64,000 nt of DNA from Oopsacas minuta (taxonomy: Eukaryota; Animalia; Porifera): positions 1 through 64,000 of the forward strand of contig JAKMXF010000031.1 in the NCBI GenBank assembly GCA_024704765.1, in the 5' to 3' direction. Made by a program: the position numbers and the translations under genes. The number at the start of each line of letters is the position of its first letter. The first letter of the stretch is position 1. The notes beneath the pieces are model-generated. The model made no database searches. It saw nothing but the letters and a program-made list of their open reading frames with translations, and was not told the origin of the DNA. This document shows, one piece after another, positions 27,041 to 40,066 of this stretch.

Positions 27041-28257
27041 TCCTTTGCTGTATAGCTGTTGCTATAGAATATGCTAGAGTATTTGTTATAGAAGTTACAA
27101 CACGCCGTATTACATGATAACAACTTTTGTATACATTTGCTTACAGTTTTGAAAATAGAAAAGATATTAGTGATATTAATTATCCAAGTTTGTTGCATAG
27201 TCAAAGAGGCATACAAGAGGGTGGTGATAGATAATTATTCAGTCTTGTAGTGGTATTCCTGCCCCTGTTTATCAGGGAAAAATGTATACATAATAGTTAT
27301 GGAAGATTCTATTGTGTTAGTAATATACTAACCTCAGTGCCAGTGCTTCACCGCGGTTAAAATAGTGTTGTGATGTCATATACAATTGAATATATTTCAG
27401 AGCTTCCATTAATTACCATTCAAGGACACAGGATCAATTCTCATAGCCACTATCAATAAATGGAGAAATGATTGGTGTCATGTACTTTGAGTAATTATTG
27501 CACTATCATTACAGGCCTAATTCATATATGAACTCAAATGCATTGGTTTGTATGGGGGGAGATCTGAAAGATCAGAGATCTTCTGATACACTAATCCGAT
27601 CTCTTAAAATGCCATATTCAGGGTGCTAGATTAACTCAGATAGGCGTGAGGCTATTAACACTGACAGGTCAATACTTAAATCTCGAATTCAAGCAAAACT
27701 ATCACTAAGATATTACTAGCGAGCTTAATATAAACGTTCTCCTATTGTGAACCTAGTGTAGTAGTCCCAACAAAATCATTCTCATAGCATTTGGATTGAA
27801 TGAAGTCTCGTACTATGAATAAGATCTTTAGTCCCGTGAGGTGACCCAATAAGCTACCCTGACTGTAACTCATTTGAGAAAATATTCATCTCTATACAAT
27901 CTCGAAAGTCAAAAGCTTCATGAATTTCATTTGGTCTACTATAATGCTACCTATACCAGACACCGTCTAAGCCACATCAATACAGAGGAATACACTCATA
28001 GCGAACTAATTCGGACATTTATTCGCTATAAGCGTGAAACAGAAATAAATTGTGAGATATCTCAATTCAGAAATATAACTCAAATATTTGTGTAAAGTAG
28101 CCATGAGCGGGGAATTATTTGGTAAATTCTTTCGAATATTCAAGTTTTGTGCTAAATTAGGACAAAATCAATTGGAACTATGATTAATTGGAACTATGAT
28201 TAATTGAATTTTTGGGTTTCTGAGAAGAAATTATATTTTGCAAAAATAGCTGAAATA

Positions 28258-28385
28258 ACAATCGTTGGAGGAAGTGAGTCTACACTTTCAAAATCTCTGG
28301 TTAGAGGACATTTACATTTGAAAGTTTAAATGAGGAATGGGGATTAGCAGGAGATCCGACGGCACGAGCTCTCCCCCCTTATAGA
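28258..28385. repeat. Solo arm of the repeat family also at 29575-29690 (direct) and 29770-29895 (inverted)
   Basis: Shared ggaggaagtga...aaaatctctggtt...acatttgaaagt.taaatg.ggaatggg...gcaggagatcc.acggcac. Confidence 0.75.
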
Positions 28386-28644
28386 TGTTATCCTGTAATA
28401 GCCGTAAATTCGCTATATCCGTGTTCCACTGTAACATACTGGAATCTCGATAATACGAACATAATCGAGGGTTAAACATTGTCAGCTTTATCCGGAGTAA
28501 TACCAATTGATTTACTATTGTAGGGAACTGATGATATGTAAAGTGTTCTTATTAGCGACGTTCCAATATGTGAATAATAACTCTCATTTACCTACAAAAA
28601 TCGTATAATAAACACAGTAATAAATACAAAAACTGATTGGAATT

Positions 28645-29247
28645 TTATTTTTTCCAAAAATACGGATCTAAATTCATTTGAGTTTGAAACTTTTCAATCC
28701 AGCTCTTGACAACATGAGAAGGAATGTATTGCTCTGTAGTTAATGGGTTAATAGCAGCTGGTTGTATTTCATATGACAACGCATGGTTGACAAAGGAATC
28801 CATCATCTTAGAAACAAACTGTGTTTGAAAATCTACTGTAACAGCTTCCGATTTCTTGTCTGGTACTTTCTCTACGATAGACATCAGCTGTTCTACTGAT
28901 ATTCCGATTAAAACACTCGTGTTTGATATATTATGAGATAGTGCTGAGAACATTCCTGGATTACCACCCGTAGCAACCAGATCCCGCCTAGATAAACGGA
29001 ATATCGCAGAGGGTTTCTCATTAGAAATGCATCCCATGTACTCCCATAGAGGATCAGGTTGGTCTTGTGAGGGCCAGCCTATGTGTATTGATCCTCCGTA
29101 ACCATCAGGGAATGGTACTGCTCCTGTCATGAATACACACAAATGGTTCACAGTACTTACAGAGTCTAGCTGCATTACATATACTGTATCAGATACTTGG
29201 GAGATTTCTGTGTTAGGGAGACGTCCTGCTACCAGGTAGCCGAACAT
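28645..29247 (-). CDS. HIKESHI: Hikeshi (Hsp70 nuclear import carrier, OPI10 family), intronless, 200 aa
   Basis: MFGYLVAGRL start, NHLCVFMTGAVPFPDGYGGSIH, GCISNEKPSAIFR, IGISVE and a C-terminal W..KF......DPYFWK. Confidence 0.95.
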   Translation of the reverse strand: MFGYLVAGRLPNTEISQVSDTVYVMQLDSVSTVNHLCVFMTGAVPFPDGYGGSIHIGWPSQDQPDPLWEYMGCISNEKPSAIFRLSRRDLVATGGNPGMFSALSHNISNTSVLIGISVEQLMSIVEKVPDKKSEAVTVDFQTQFVSKMMDSFVNHALSYEIQPAAINPLTTEQYIPSHVVKSWIEKFQTQMNLDPYFWKK

Positions 29248-29574
29248 TATTGAATAGTAATTAGCTAATATTAGGAGTAATCAGAAGGAAACTGTTACAA
29301 ATATCTCAATCTGGAAGTGAGATTCGTTGGAATCATACAATATACTAGAAGTGATCTATGAAAAGACTAAGAATTCGGCAGCATGTAAATGTAAACCCGA
29401 AATCGTGAGAGTTGAGGGCTCAGCTGTTAGTTGGGAACTCAGCTGACTAGAGAACGAATGATTCCAGTAAGTGCTTTACTCAATGTAACTCCGCTACAAT
29501 GTACACAGAGTAACAAATATAGGAAATAGAGATTACTGTTCTCTGTCTAGCATATGCATCAATTATCTCTATAA

Positions 29575-29895
29575 CAGTCATCGGAGGAAGTGACTTTACA
29601 TCTTCAAAAATCTCTGGTTACATTTGAAAGTATAAATGGGGAATGGGGGTTAGTAGGAGATCCTACGGCACTACCTCCCCCACTTCTAAAGGGTATACTC
29701 TAGTAAGTATTAACTATTAAGCAAGTTCTCCTGTGTGCTATAAACGGATTGAATATACAATAGAGCATCATAAGTGGGGGAGGTCGTGCCGGCGAATCTC
29801 CTGATAACTCCCCATTCCCCATTTATAATTTAAATGTAATTGTCCTTGAACGAGATATATTTGAATCAAATGTATAGCCACTTGCTCCAACGACC
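29575..29895. mobile_element. MITE-like element with ~115-bp inverted arms
   Basis: 29575-29690 is roughly the reverse complement of 29770-29895. Termini and TSD are not resolved. Confidence 0.6.
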
Positions 29896-30483
29896 CTCTT
29901 TTCATTAATATTTGATTATTATATCATGCCCTAAGGGTGTTGGTTGGATATACAAATTGTAAGAAATTCCCTTCAGAGAAACACAAACTTTTCTATTCAT
30001 TATAGCGATAATTACGTAGTTTTTTCAAGTTTTGTTATTCAAGAAAATTTATCGCAGAATTCCCCACTTTTAGAGGTAAATTCAATGGTTTGAGGGATAA
30101 TTATCTCTAAAGTATGCCCAATCCCCAGGTTCGTTTCTATGGAAATGAATGAATGAATGAAGATGGACCAAGATTGCCCAAATTAAAGCGATTACAGCGC
30201 ACTCATATGATTAATCATACTTTAACACTTACTCTTTAATAATATTATAATATTACTAAATATATATACAGCGTGTTCTTATTAAATTGATATATAATAC
30301 ATGTGATAGATAAGTTACAACAAATCAAAAATACTCAGAAGTATTATCTAATAATTCATAATACAAACTCAAATTACATAGAACGTGATGCATTCCAATT
30401 GAGCTGGTGATGATCTCGTGTTGTTACGAGCCATCACAAGCTATGTAGACGGAACGATTATAATCATGAGGCTCAATAAAGGA

Positions 30484-30493
30484 TATATATAAG
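30484..30493 (+). promoter_or_regulatory. Putative TATA box of cathepsin L
   Basis: tatatataag about 45-50 nt upstream of the ATG at 30535; position only. Confidence 0.4.
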
Positions 30494-30534
30494 GCAGGAA
30501 ATTTGAAGGCATATCAAAGTCAATATTCGTTGCT

Positions 30535-33500
30535 ATGCAGTCCATTTTACTTCTTTCATTATGCGTACTGGCAATGGCCAATGCATTCTCCTTTAATGTC
30601 AACATAGCCTTAGATGTAAACGTGGTTGATGTATGGGCAGAATGGAAACAGACACACGAGAAGGAATACGATACAATCGTGGAGGAAGAGATAAGGAAAG
30701 CAATCTGGATGGATAACCTCGTCTATATACAAACGTTCAATAGTGAGGAGCATTCCTATAAGCTGGGACTCAATCAGTTCTCTGATTATGTGAGTTTTCT
30801 ATATTTACCATTTTAACAGTGTTAGGTGATATAATATTTAAGAGTTTGGTAACCAGAAACTTAGGTTACTGATTAGAAATTCTATTATTAAAATCTTAAG
30901 TTGTATAATACGCATAAAATACACGAATTACTAAAATATATTCTTTAACAGATTTTATACCTTGATTGCCTTATTGTTCTACTTACATTAACCTACTATT
31001 GCGCTTCGCTTGTTCGCGTTGCGCTGCTTGCTAACACTCTGTGTTCGCATGGGGCTGGCAATTCGTGCTTCGAATTAAACTTGATAGTGTGAAAATCGGA
31101 ATCAGTAGGCTCGATTACCCCTATTTGTTTGTTTACATTTCTTATATTATACCTAAGTTGTATAATACGTCTTTCAAATAAGACGTATTACGTAAAATAC
31201 GTATTATACGTTCAATCTATAATTTTGGTGACGTAACTTCTATTAGGCTAATTTCTGCAATAAATATTTTGCATTAAAACAGAAGTTCTGGAATTGTTAA
31301 TGAGAAATCTCAGTATAGTTAACCAAATATATGACAATTGATAATAAAGTGGCTTATAGAAGTCTATCAATGTCAAAATCTAATATTTCGAGGTTAACCT
31401 AGACGTATAATACGTCAAAATAGATCACGTATACCGTATTATGCGTTATACGTGTATTATACAACTGAGTATTATATACACAGATCGTTTCGTGTACAAA
31501 CAAGCAAACTAACACACAAACACACAACAATTGAGTTTTAATCAAGGGTTCCACCGAATTTTACCAGTATTCGGTTAGGCCGCTATTCATGAAGTACTGA
31601 TATTCGGTTTGATCGGTTTCAACCTTGGTTTGAATAATGTAGATTTGTTTTCAGAAATCAGAAATCTTTACTTAATACTTCTAATAGTATTTATTACAAA
31701 ATATTGCTAAGAATTGTTAGCACACAAAAATCTAAGTCGCTAGTTAGTAATACATTATTTCTATATTTCTAATTGGAAACATCAGACATATAATCTCTAG
31801 CATCATATATATATATATATATAGTTCCTTATAGCCAGGGCTGTCGAGAGGGGGGGTAATTACCACAGGGCCCGAGAAACTCTGTCTGTGAAGGTATGCA
31901 TGGGCTTTATTGGCTGCATTAAGTAGACAAGTAAAGGGGAAATAAAGACATCGCTGGGCAGAGTAATACCTTTGTTATTTAATCCTTCCTAGAAACCCAG
32001 TCCTGACTTACTTTGTATCAATTATAATTTTTTTCCATAACTAACTCAGTTTACGGGATACGATCCAAACGGCAGTCACGCGTAGATAGGCTAATAACCT
32101 TTTTGTGTAATTTTTGATATATACATATAATACGAATGCGATAGTTTGCGTTTAGTTTATTCACTTCACGATAACGGAACAAAATATCAGAGGGGGCCCA
32201 CACGCGCTCTCGCCGGCCCCTGCTTATTGCTATATTCACAATTGTATTAAATACATTAAGTTTAGGAAATCTTAAGATTAGTAATTATTTTCCTAAGAGT
32301 ATATTCACTACGCTATAGATACATGGACCTTACATAACAGGAAAAGTCCAATAAATTACTTGAATTATCTGTTTTTGTGCTAGATTTGTAACAATAACCT
32401 GAAAACACACCTGATTGAGAATTTTCTTATCTTGTCCTTTCTTAATGACATCACAAAATTCATAAATACCCGCAATATACACTAAACTCTCATTTTAATG
32501 AAGTGAGTGTTTCCCTCAAATTAGTAAGTAATCGCTGTTACTCCGAAATTCTGGATATGAGGAAATAGAACCCGGGTACTTCGTTAGAACGAGAGTTTCC
32601 TGCAATATTAGACACTACTCAATTAAATGAAACTACCTAAACTGAAACCGAAACTGAATTGTCTTGAAATCAATTAATACATTACTTAACAAGTGTATAA
32701 TGTGTAATATCCTCTGTAGACTAATAAGGAGTTTCAGGAGATATTCTTAGGATACGATTACGAACAGAGTCTGGTGAGAAGGAATGCTACTCTACATAAA
32801 GTGGATTCCTCAGTCGAAATAGCTGATAGCATGGATTGGAGGGGAAAGGGAGCTGTTACAGGTGTTAAGGACCAGGTGAGTAATGGTCAGGGATTTGAGT
32901 ATATAATAAGATGGAAGCTATGGGAGGAATAATTAGGGATAAAATATTGTTTATCGTGTTGTGTAAATTTGGATTATGTGATTTGAGAGTGACGAATACA
33001 ACAGCTTGGTTCACATCTGAGTTGTTGAATACGTCTTTCAATGAAAACATATTTCGTATAATATGTCTTATACGTTCAGTCTACAATTTGGTGACGTAAC
33101 TTCTATTAGGCTAATTTCTGCGATAAATATTTTGCATCCAAACAATAATTCTCGAATTATTAATTATAAATCTCAGCATAGTTAACCAAATTATGTAATC
33201 TTGATAATAATGTGACTTATAAAAGTCTAACAATCTCAAAATCTGATATTTCGAGATTAACCTTGATATTCAGGCAGATCTAGTATAGCTAATAATTATC
33301 ACCCAGCTGTTGTTGTTGAAATAATATACGTAATTATTATATTTTAGAGATAACATACGTTACGTGTGATAATTTAATTAACACGAATGTATATGTGTAT
33401 ATGTGTGTGTAGGGACAATGTGGGTCATGCTGGTCATTCAGTGCTACTGGCAGTCTAGAGGGACAATACTTCCTAAAAACTGGAAAGTTGATTTCATTTT

Positions 33501-34378
33501 CTGAACAGCAATTGTGCGACTGCTCAACTGGATATGGGAACCATGGATGTAAAGGAGGTCTCATGGATAATGCCTTCAGATATTGGGAAAAGTATTACGA
33601 AGAGTCAGAGGATAACTACCCTTACAGAGCAAAGGTATATCAAATATTTTCATTGATAATATAACATATTGTTTGTTTGTATACACCTCCAGTTGGGACT
33701 CCATTTCCGAACAGCGACATCGTTACGGAGATGCACATAAGGGTCAATGCCCCTTGGCTCAAATTGGGAAATATAAGAATACTCTTAGAGTATTAGTCAA
33801 ATTAGTTATCATTACAGGTTTGTGTTTATAATATGAGAACAGTTTTTCATAAAATTGTTCCCACATCCAAATCTGTATAAATGAAGTGTTTTCATAATCA
33901 ACACCCACACTTAACTACATACCGGTTATATGAGTATTATGTCCAGTTCATGACCACTATATTATCACTGAATTACATTCAATAGCTTAATAATATTAAT
34001 GGTTTAACTGGTTAGGATGGAATGTGTCAGTACGACGAGAGTAAGGGAATAACAGAAGACAGCACTTACAGGGATATACCTAGAGGAAGTGAACAAGGGC
34101 TAATGGATGCAATAGCAAAGGTGGGTCCTATCTCAGTAGCAATGGATGCAGGCCATAGATCATTTCAATCTTACCATAGTGGAGTTTATTCAGAGCGAGC
34201 CTGCTCATCTTTTAAACTGGACCATGGAGTACTAGCCGTGGGATACGATTCTACTGGAGGTTACTGGATAATTAAGAACAGCTGGGGCACAAGATGGGGC
34301 ATGGAGGGATACTTCGAGATCGCCATGGCTGATAATATGTGTGGGATTTGCACACAAGCAAGCTACCCAATAATATAA
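30535..34378 (+). CDS. CTSL: Cathepsin L preproprotein; exons 30535-30789, 32720-32875, 33413-33634, 34016-34378 (331 aa)
   Basis: Signal peptide, ERFNIN-like I29 prodomain, [30 protein letters not shown] (Cys), [11 protein letters not shown] (His) and IKNSWG (Asn). Three phase-0 GT-AG introns. Confidence 0.93.
31153..31469. mobile_element. Complete CTAAG-terminated MITE (reference copy of the family), cathepsin intron 1
   Basis: TIR ctaagttgtataatac / gtattatacaactgag. Flanks tattatac / tattatat match 7/8. Confidence 0.85.
31836..32222. mobile_element. hAT-type MITE
   Basis: CAGGGCTGTCGAGAG / CTCTCGCCGGCCCCTG. Flanks cttatagc / cttattgc match 7/8. Confidence 0.8.
33033..33270. mobile_element. 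Partial copy of the CTAAG MITE family, cathepsin intron 2
   Basis: ctgagttgttgaatacgtctttc...gtgacgtaacttctattaggctaatttctg matches 31153-31400. Confidence 0.75.
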
Positions 34379-35488
34379 CAGTAGAACTATGGATAGTGTG
34401 TATTCTCGACTAGCGAGATTCTATCTTTCAGCATGTATAAGATATTTTAACATAAATTTTGTGTAAACTTTCGATATAGTTTAGGATTGATTAAATGTTC
34501 TTCTTACTAATAAACATAAATACAGTAGTACTGTGGGAAATATGTGACTGGCTATAGTCAGTGTATCTCACAGCAACGGACAGCAGTAAACTGCCAAAGT
34601 ACTGTTACCAATACAGCTGTGATGATTTTTGGATTCGCTCCACTATTCCTAACATAATAATAATGTAGAGATTTCGGGATTAACATTTTAGTACAGCTGA
34701 GTTCCTATAGAGAGATGCCCTAATGGAATGGATGATGTGAGACGTCTATACGTCTGTGGGAATGTAATGATACGATTTACACAGTTTGGGTAGGAGACTG
34801 CATCTCGGGCATGGCTCTCGACACAAGTACAGTCGGGATTTGATCCATCTTCCAATTTAACCAATATTCCATTATTACTTAAATATATATCAAACTCCTT
34901 ACTAAGGGGTCTCCAGATTTTGGTTTAGTATGCGCCGTGAATCTTTTCCTCGAATAAATATACTTAAAAATTTACAGATTTCCAAATACAGGCAAAAACC
35001 TTTGAGAATGGCTTGGGTAGTCAGTGCTACCTCTAAGGAATCCCGGATATCTCACAGATTATTTCTTCTTCAAACCAAACCCCAGAAATGAAATATATTG
35101 AATGCTTCACCAAGTAATACATAGTGTATAATACCTTACTAGAATTCCCTAATTGAAGTGGCCTCTAGGTTGAATTTATAGGGTCAATATGTTGGTGTAC
35201 AAAAAACTCCTATCACAGGAGATTCTCTGCAACTATTACAATAGTAATCGATTGGAATCAAATTCAACCTTTGCTTTAATCATAAACATAAAGGGAAATA
35301 CTCAAAAGTAATCAACTCCAGGTCTGTTCATGACAGGGTCAGGGATATTAAACAGGACTAACTATCGCCACCAGTATAACCAGCAACAATCACCAATTAC
35401 AAGATTGATAAATAATGATAACTAATATATACATGAATCTACTAATAGACACTAGAATAAGCAAATAGTTATGACTACTGTTAGTCTG

Positions 35489-38400
35489 TTACTGATCTCC
35501 TGGATCAACTTCTCCAGGTGGGCCTATAAACAAACAACAAATAAACAATCAGTACGACGTATCATCTGTAGCAAAAGATCTCTCAGATTTGGTACATTTC
35601 AATATACTTTTAAGGAAATTTTGTGAGAAGAGATGTCTCGCTTATAGAATAGAAATCAATTGAGTGTCTAAGGCCACAGTTAATGAGAAACTTGTTTCAG
35701 CTACACGTTAGATACACCTGAACAAACATTCTGGCGGGCTACTCATTATTTTGTGAGATATCAGCTGGGAAATTAGTTCATTGACTTCATTTAACAATAA
35801 TATTAAAATCAATAAAGTCAAGTTTGCTATGAGAACTGTCTAGACTATGAATAAGATACTTCTATTGTACTCTAGCCGGTTTATACAACTTGTATTTAAA
35901 TACATTGAGTAAAATGGTGAAATAATGACAATAATGACAATANNNNNNNNNNNNNNNNNNNNNNNNNNNNNNNNNNNNNNNNNNNNNNNNNNNNNNNNNN
36001 NNNNNNNNNNNNNNNNNNNNNNNNNNNNNNNNNNNNNNNNNNNNNNNNNNNNNNNNNNNNNNNNNNNNNNNNNNNNNNNNNNNNNNNNNNNNNNNNNNNN
36101 NNNNNNNNNNNNNNNNNNNNNNNNNNNNNNNNNNNNNNNNNNNNNNNNNNNNNNNNNNNNNNNNNNNNNNNNNNNNNNNNNNNNNNNNNNNNNNNNNNNN
36201 NNNNNNNNNNNAATAATGACAATAATGACAATACCAGTAAGGTAGCCAAATCAGATGTGGGTGGTGGAGCTGAAACATGTTTCCAACTAACAGTGGACTA
36301 ACAATTGAAAATCAGTGAAAATTGGAAATACAAAAGTAAAGCAATTCTTAAGTATAAATAGAGGAAATATTTTGAGGAATAATGACCTGTAAAACTGAGA
36401 TTTTCTGTGAGTTATCGTCGAGTAGACATAACTACCCAAAAGCTAATCAATGAATGATACAGTAGGCACTCGAAGAGTGACTTCAACTGACAGGAAATAC
36501 TTAACACAGATTCCATCAAACTTATCAAGAACATAAGACAAAAAGTGTATTCTTATTCTTCCATACAGCTTGATTATATATTTTATATTACGATATGGAA
36601 GTCTAATATCTTTTGCATAGACTTATATTACACGAAGTGTATGGGCCCGTAGGCTGTAGCAGCGCTGCATTCGTCTGGATAATACCCTGCTTAGCACCGC
36701 GTTCATTCCATTATGGTATCTCACTGACTGTTCAAACAATACAAAGAGGTAATTAGATTAGGTTACTCACCATCCTGCATATCAGATGTCCATAGAGTTA
36801 GGTTATCTCTTAACAGCTGCATTATCAGAGTAGAATCTTTGTAGGAATCTTCATTCAGACTGTCTAGCTCTGCGATTGCATCATCAAAAGCGCCCTTGGC
36901 AAGTTCGCATGCTTTGGTTTGATCATCATGGATTTCGTAGTTGAACACTGAGTAGTTAAGAGCTAGTCTATGAGAAGAAAAGGTGTTGAGTACATTTATA
37001 ATATTTGGTGCTGAACAATGATTACTTACCCAAGTCGGATTGGGTGAGTGGATGGAAGACCCTGTAATTCACTGTCTACGTTCACTCCATTTACTGCCAG
37101 AGTTAGAGCTTCTTTGTATGCTTCATGGGCACGGTGAGCAACTTCTTTACGCGGTTTATCTAGTTTATATTCCGCCATGTAGCGGCAGTAATCTCCTTTC
37201 CTACACACATAGGTAACTAATCCAACAAATTACATAATCTATATTATTAAATCTCAATTGTTATATGTATGTTTGTCCGTTGTCAAGGAAAGATTTATGG
37301 TATGCAATTTTGAAATCGTTGCATAACTATGTGTTTATCGTGTTTATTAAGGAAGAAAATAAAATTCAATAAAACTTCACCAAATATATCGAATATGCTG
37401 AATCCGATTTTCACACTTTTGGATTAATCACAAGTGAGTTTATTGTTGTTTGTATGAATTAAAGTAAACAAATTTCAATATTGTTGTAGAATCATACTTT
37501 CAAAGACTATCCTGGGGTAATCGAGTATACTGAGTCTGAATATTGTAAACAACATTAATATTATTAAAACTACAATTGTTGTTATTGCGTTGAATACTTC
37601 GAGGTATATTGCGCCGAGTTCATCGCGAAGCGACGAGTCTAAGGCTCATGATGTAGAAATCAGTTTGTATGTACTCGTTTTGGAGAAAAGATGTACTTTT
37701 CGCCGAAACGAATTTCTTTCATTCTATTAATTATATAAAAAACATATTTGGATAAGATGAACTTCAGTTAGTACAAATTATTGTTGCCAGGGCGGTAGAC
37801 CGTCGACACTGGGGGAGGAATAAACTAAATAATTAGTGAAGCAGGTTTGCAATTAAATGAATAGATACCGTAGCTAGAAGTTACTACTGTATTCTCACTA
37901 GAATATCCGATCTGCCAAATATTGAATCGGATGAATGAGTGAGAATACAGTAGTTGATGAGGTTAATGTATATACAAATCCACTTGTATAATTCGATACT
38001 ATTTTCATCTTCCAACGAGTGCCGGATTATGCAGTTTTCACTGTCCACTGTAAGCACAACATTTCTAANNNNNNNNNNNNNNNNNNNNNNNNNNNNNNNN
38101 NNNNNNNNNNNNNNNNNNNNNNNNNNNNNNNNNNNNNNNNNNNNNNNNNNNNNNNNNNNNNNNNNNNNNNNNNNNNNNNNNNNNNNNNNNNNNNNNNNNN
38201 NNNNNNNNNNNNNNNNNNNNNNNNNNNNNNNNNNNNNNNNNNNNNNNNNNNNNNNNNNNNNNNNNNNNNNNNNNNNNNNNNNNNNNNNNNNNNNNNNNNN
38301 NNNNNNNNNNNNNNNNNNNNNNNNNNNNNNNNNNNNNNNNNNNNNNNNNNNNNNNNNNNNNNNNNNNNNNNNNNNNNNNNNNNNNNNNNNNNNNNNNNNN

Positions 38401-39802
38401 NNNNNNNNNNNNNNNNNNNNNNNNNNNNNNNNNNNNNNNNNNNNNNNNNNNNNNNNNNNNNNNNNNNNNNNNNNNNNNNNNNNNNNNNNNNNNNNNNNNN
38501 NNNNNNNNNNNNNNNNNNNNNNNNNNNNNNNNNNNNNNNNNNNNNNNNNNNNNNNNNNNNNNNNNNNNNNNNNNNNNNNNNNNNNNNNNNNNNNNNNNNN
38601 NNNNNNNNNNNNNNNNNNNNNNNNNNNNNNNNNNNNNNNNNNNNNNNNNNNNNNNNNNNNNNNNNNNNNNNNNNNNNNNNNNNNNNNNNNNNNNNNNNNN
38701 NNNNNNNNNNNNNNNNNNNNNNNNNNNNNNNNNNNNNNNNNNNNNNNNNNNNNNNNNNNNNNNNNNNNNNNNNNNNNNNNNNNNNNNNNNNNNNNNNNNN
38801 NNNNNNNNNNNNNNNNNNNNNNNNNNNNNNNNNNNNNNNNNNNNNNNNNNNNNNNNNNNNNNNNNNNNNNNNNNNNNNNNNNNNNNNNNNNNNNNNNNNN
38901 NNNNNNNNNNNNNNNNNNNNNNNNNNNNNNNNNNNNNNNNNNNNNNNNNNNNNNNNNNNNNNNNNNNNNNNNNNNNNNNNNNNNNNCTTCTACAGTAATA
39001 CCATATGCAGAATTTCCGAAACATACCGTACACTGTTACTCTGCCGCGGACGGACGGAATGACTTAACACATCGTTAATGGCAAAAGGACATTTCCCTAG
39101 AAGCTGTACTAATTGTCATATACAGGAACCATGGAGATATTATAAGGGTTATTCGGAGCACTCGGCCCCTAAGGCTCCCTATATCAAATATTCATACGAA
39201 TAAATCAGTAAATAGAGGAAAGACTGATAGCAATATTCTTTCCGATCACTGTTTATAAATGGTTGCTCTAGTTATGGCATAGGGAAAGATCCGAAATATA
39301 AATTCGTCAAAAATGGTACGCCAAGAGGAGCTACTAGATAATCCATAGTCCGGCACGGTTATTTTAGACTAAAGATATAAGATACATGGGGCATCCACCT
39401 CTAGAGAAGACATAGCGTTGGTAGAGAAAGCGATCGGGTTGTATAGTGTACACATATTTCTAAGTTAACTAACTTTGAGTATTTCAACTTTTTTCTCGTT
39501 TCGTGGCTCTCGACCCAATTCTTTCTGCTCAATAGAGCTTATTATTCTCCAGGATGTTCTCCTACTACCGATCACATTCTTGTAGGCAACTGAGAGCAGA
39601 TTCCTCTCTTCTGTCAACAGGACTTGTCCATGTTTGTGTTTCAGTTTGAGAAAGTCTTCCATTGACTGAACCATTTCTAGATCGTATTCATAAATAATAC
39701 CATAAAGATAACCAATAATGCTTACTTACCGTCATATCTCTCTGCTTGCTCAGCAAGTTTAGCAGCGAACACTTTAGGACTGAATTCCTTATTCTCAGAC
39801 AT
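35489..39802 (-). CDS. 14-3-3 protein; visible exons 39802-39730, ~39676-39476, ~37201-37030, ~36961-36770, 35523-35489; one middle exon missing, probably in the gap 38069-38987
   Basis: [90 protein letters not shown]. Confidence 0.92.
35922..36233. repeat. (AATAATGAC)n tandem repeat spanning assembly gap 35943-36211
   Basis: The same 9-bp unit lies on both sides of the N run. Confidence 0.8.
38069..38987. other. Assembly gap
   Basis: Run of N. Confidence 1.
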
Positions 39803-40066
39803 GTAACTAGAGTATTCGTTTTGTAACTAGACTTATTCAATCCTATTTATTGAATAGAAAGCTTTCTCTTGACGTCCTTAGCAACCATAGCAACTGTATT
39901 ATAACTAGTAGAATTACGTAAACCCAATTTAGATCTCTAATGGTAGTATAGTGATTGATAATTGATACTCTTATACTGACTGATTGGGAGATATTACTGT
40001 ACAGATTCCCACTATTCATATTGGTAATGAGATATATTACACTGAACACAAAGATTGTTTTACTTA

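Noticed and set aside
30535-34378. Possible silicatein (sponge silica-forming cathepsin-L derivative)
   Set aside because: The catalytic residue is Cys (QCGSCW), not Ser, and no Ser cluster precedes the catalytic His, so this is ordinary cathepsin L.
35862-39078. Long ORFs in the track at 35862-36278 and 37954-39078
   Set aside because: They are made of N gaps.
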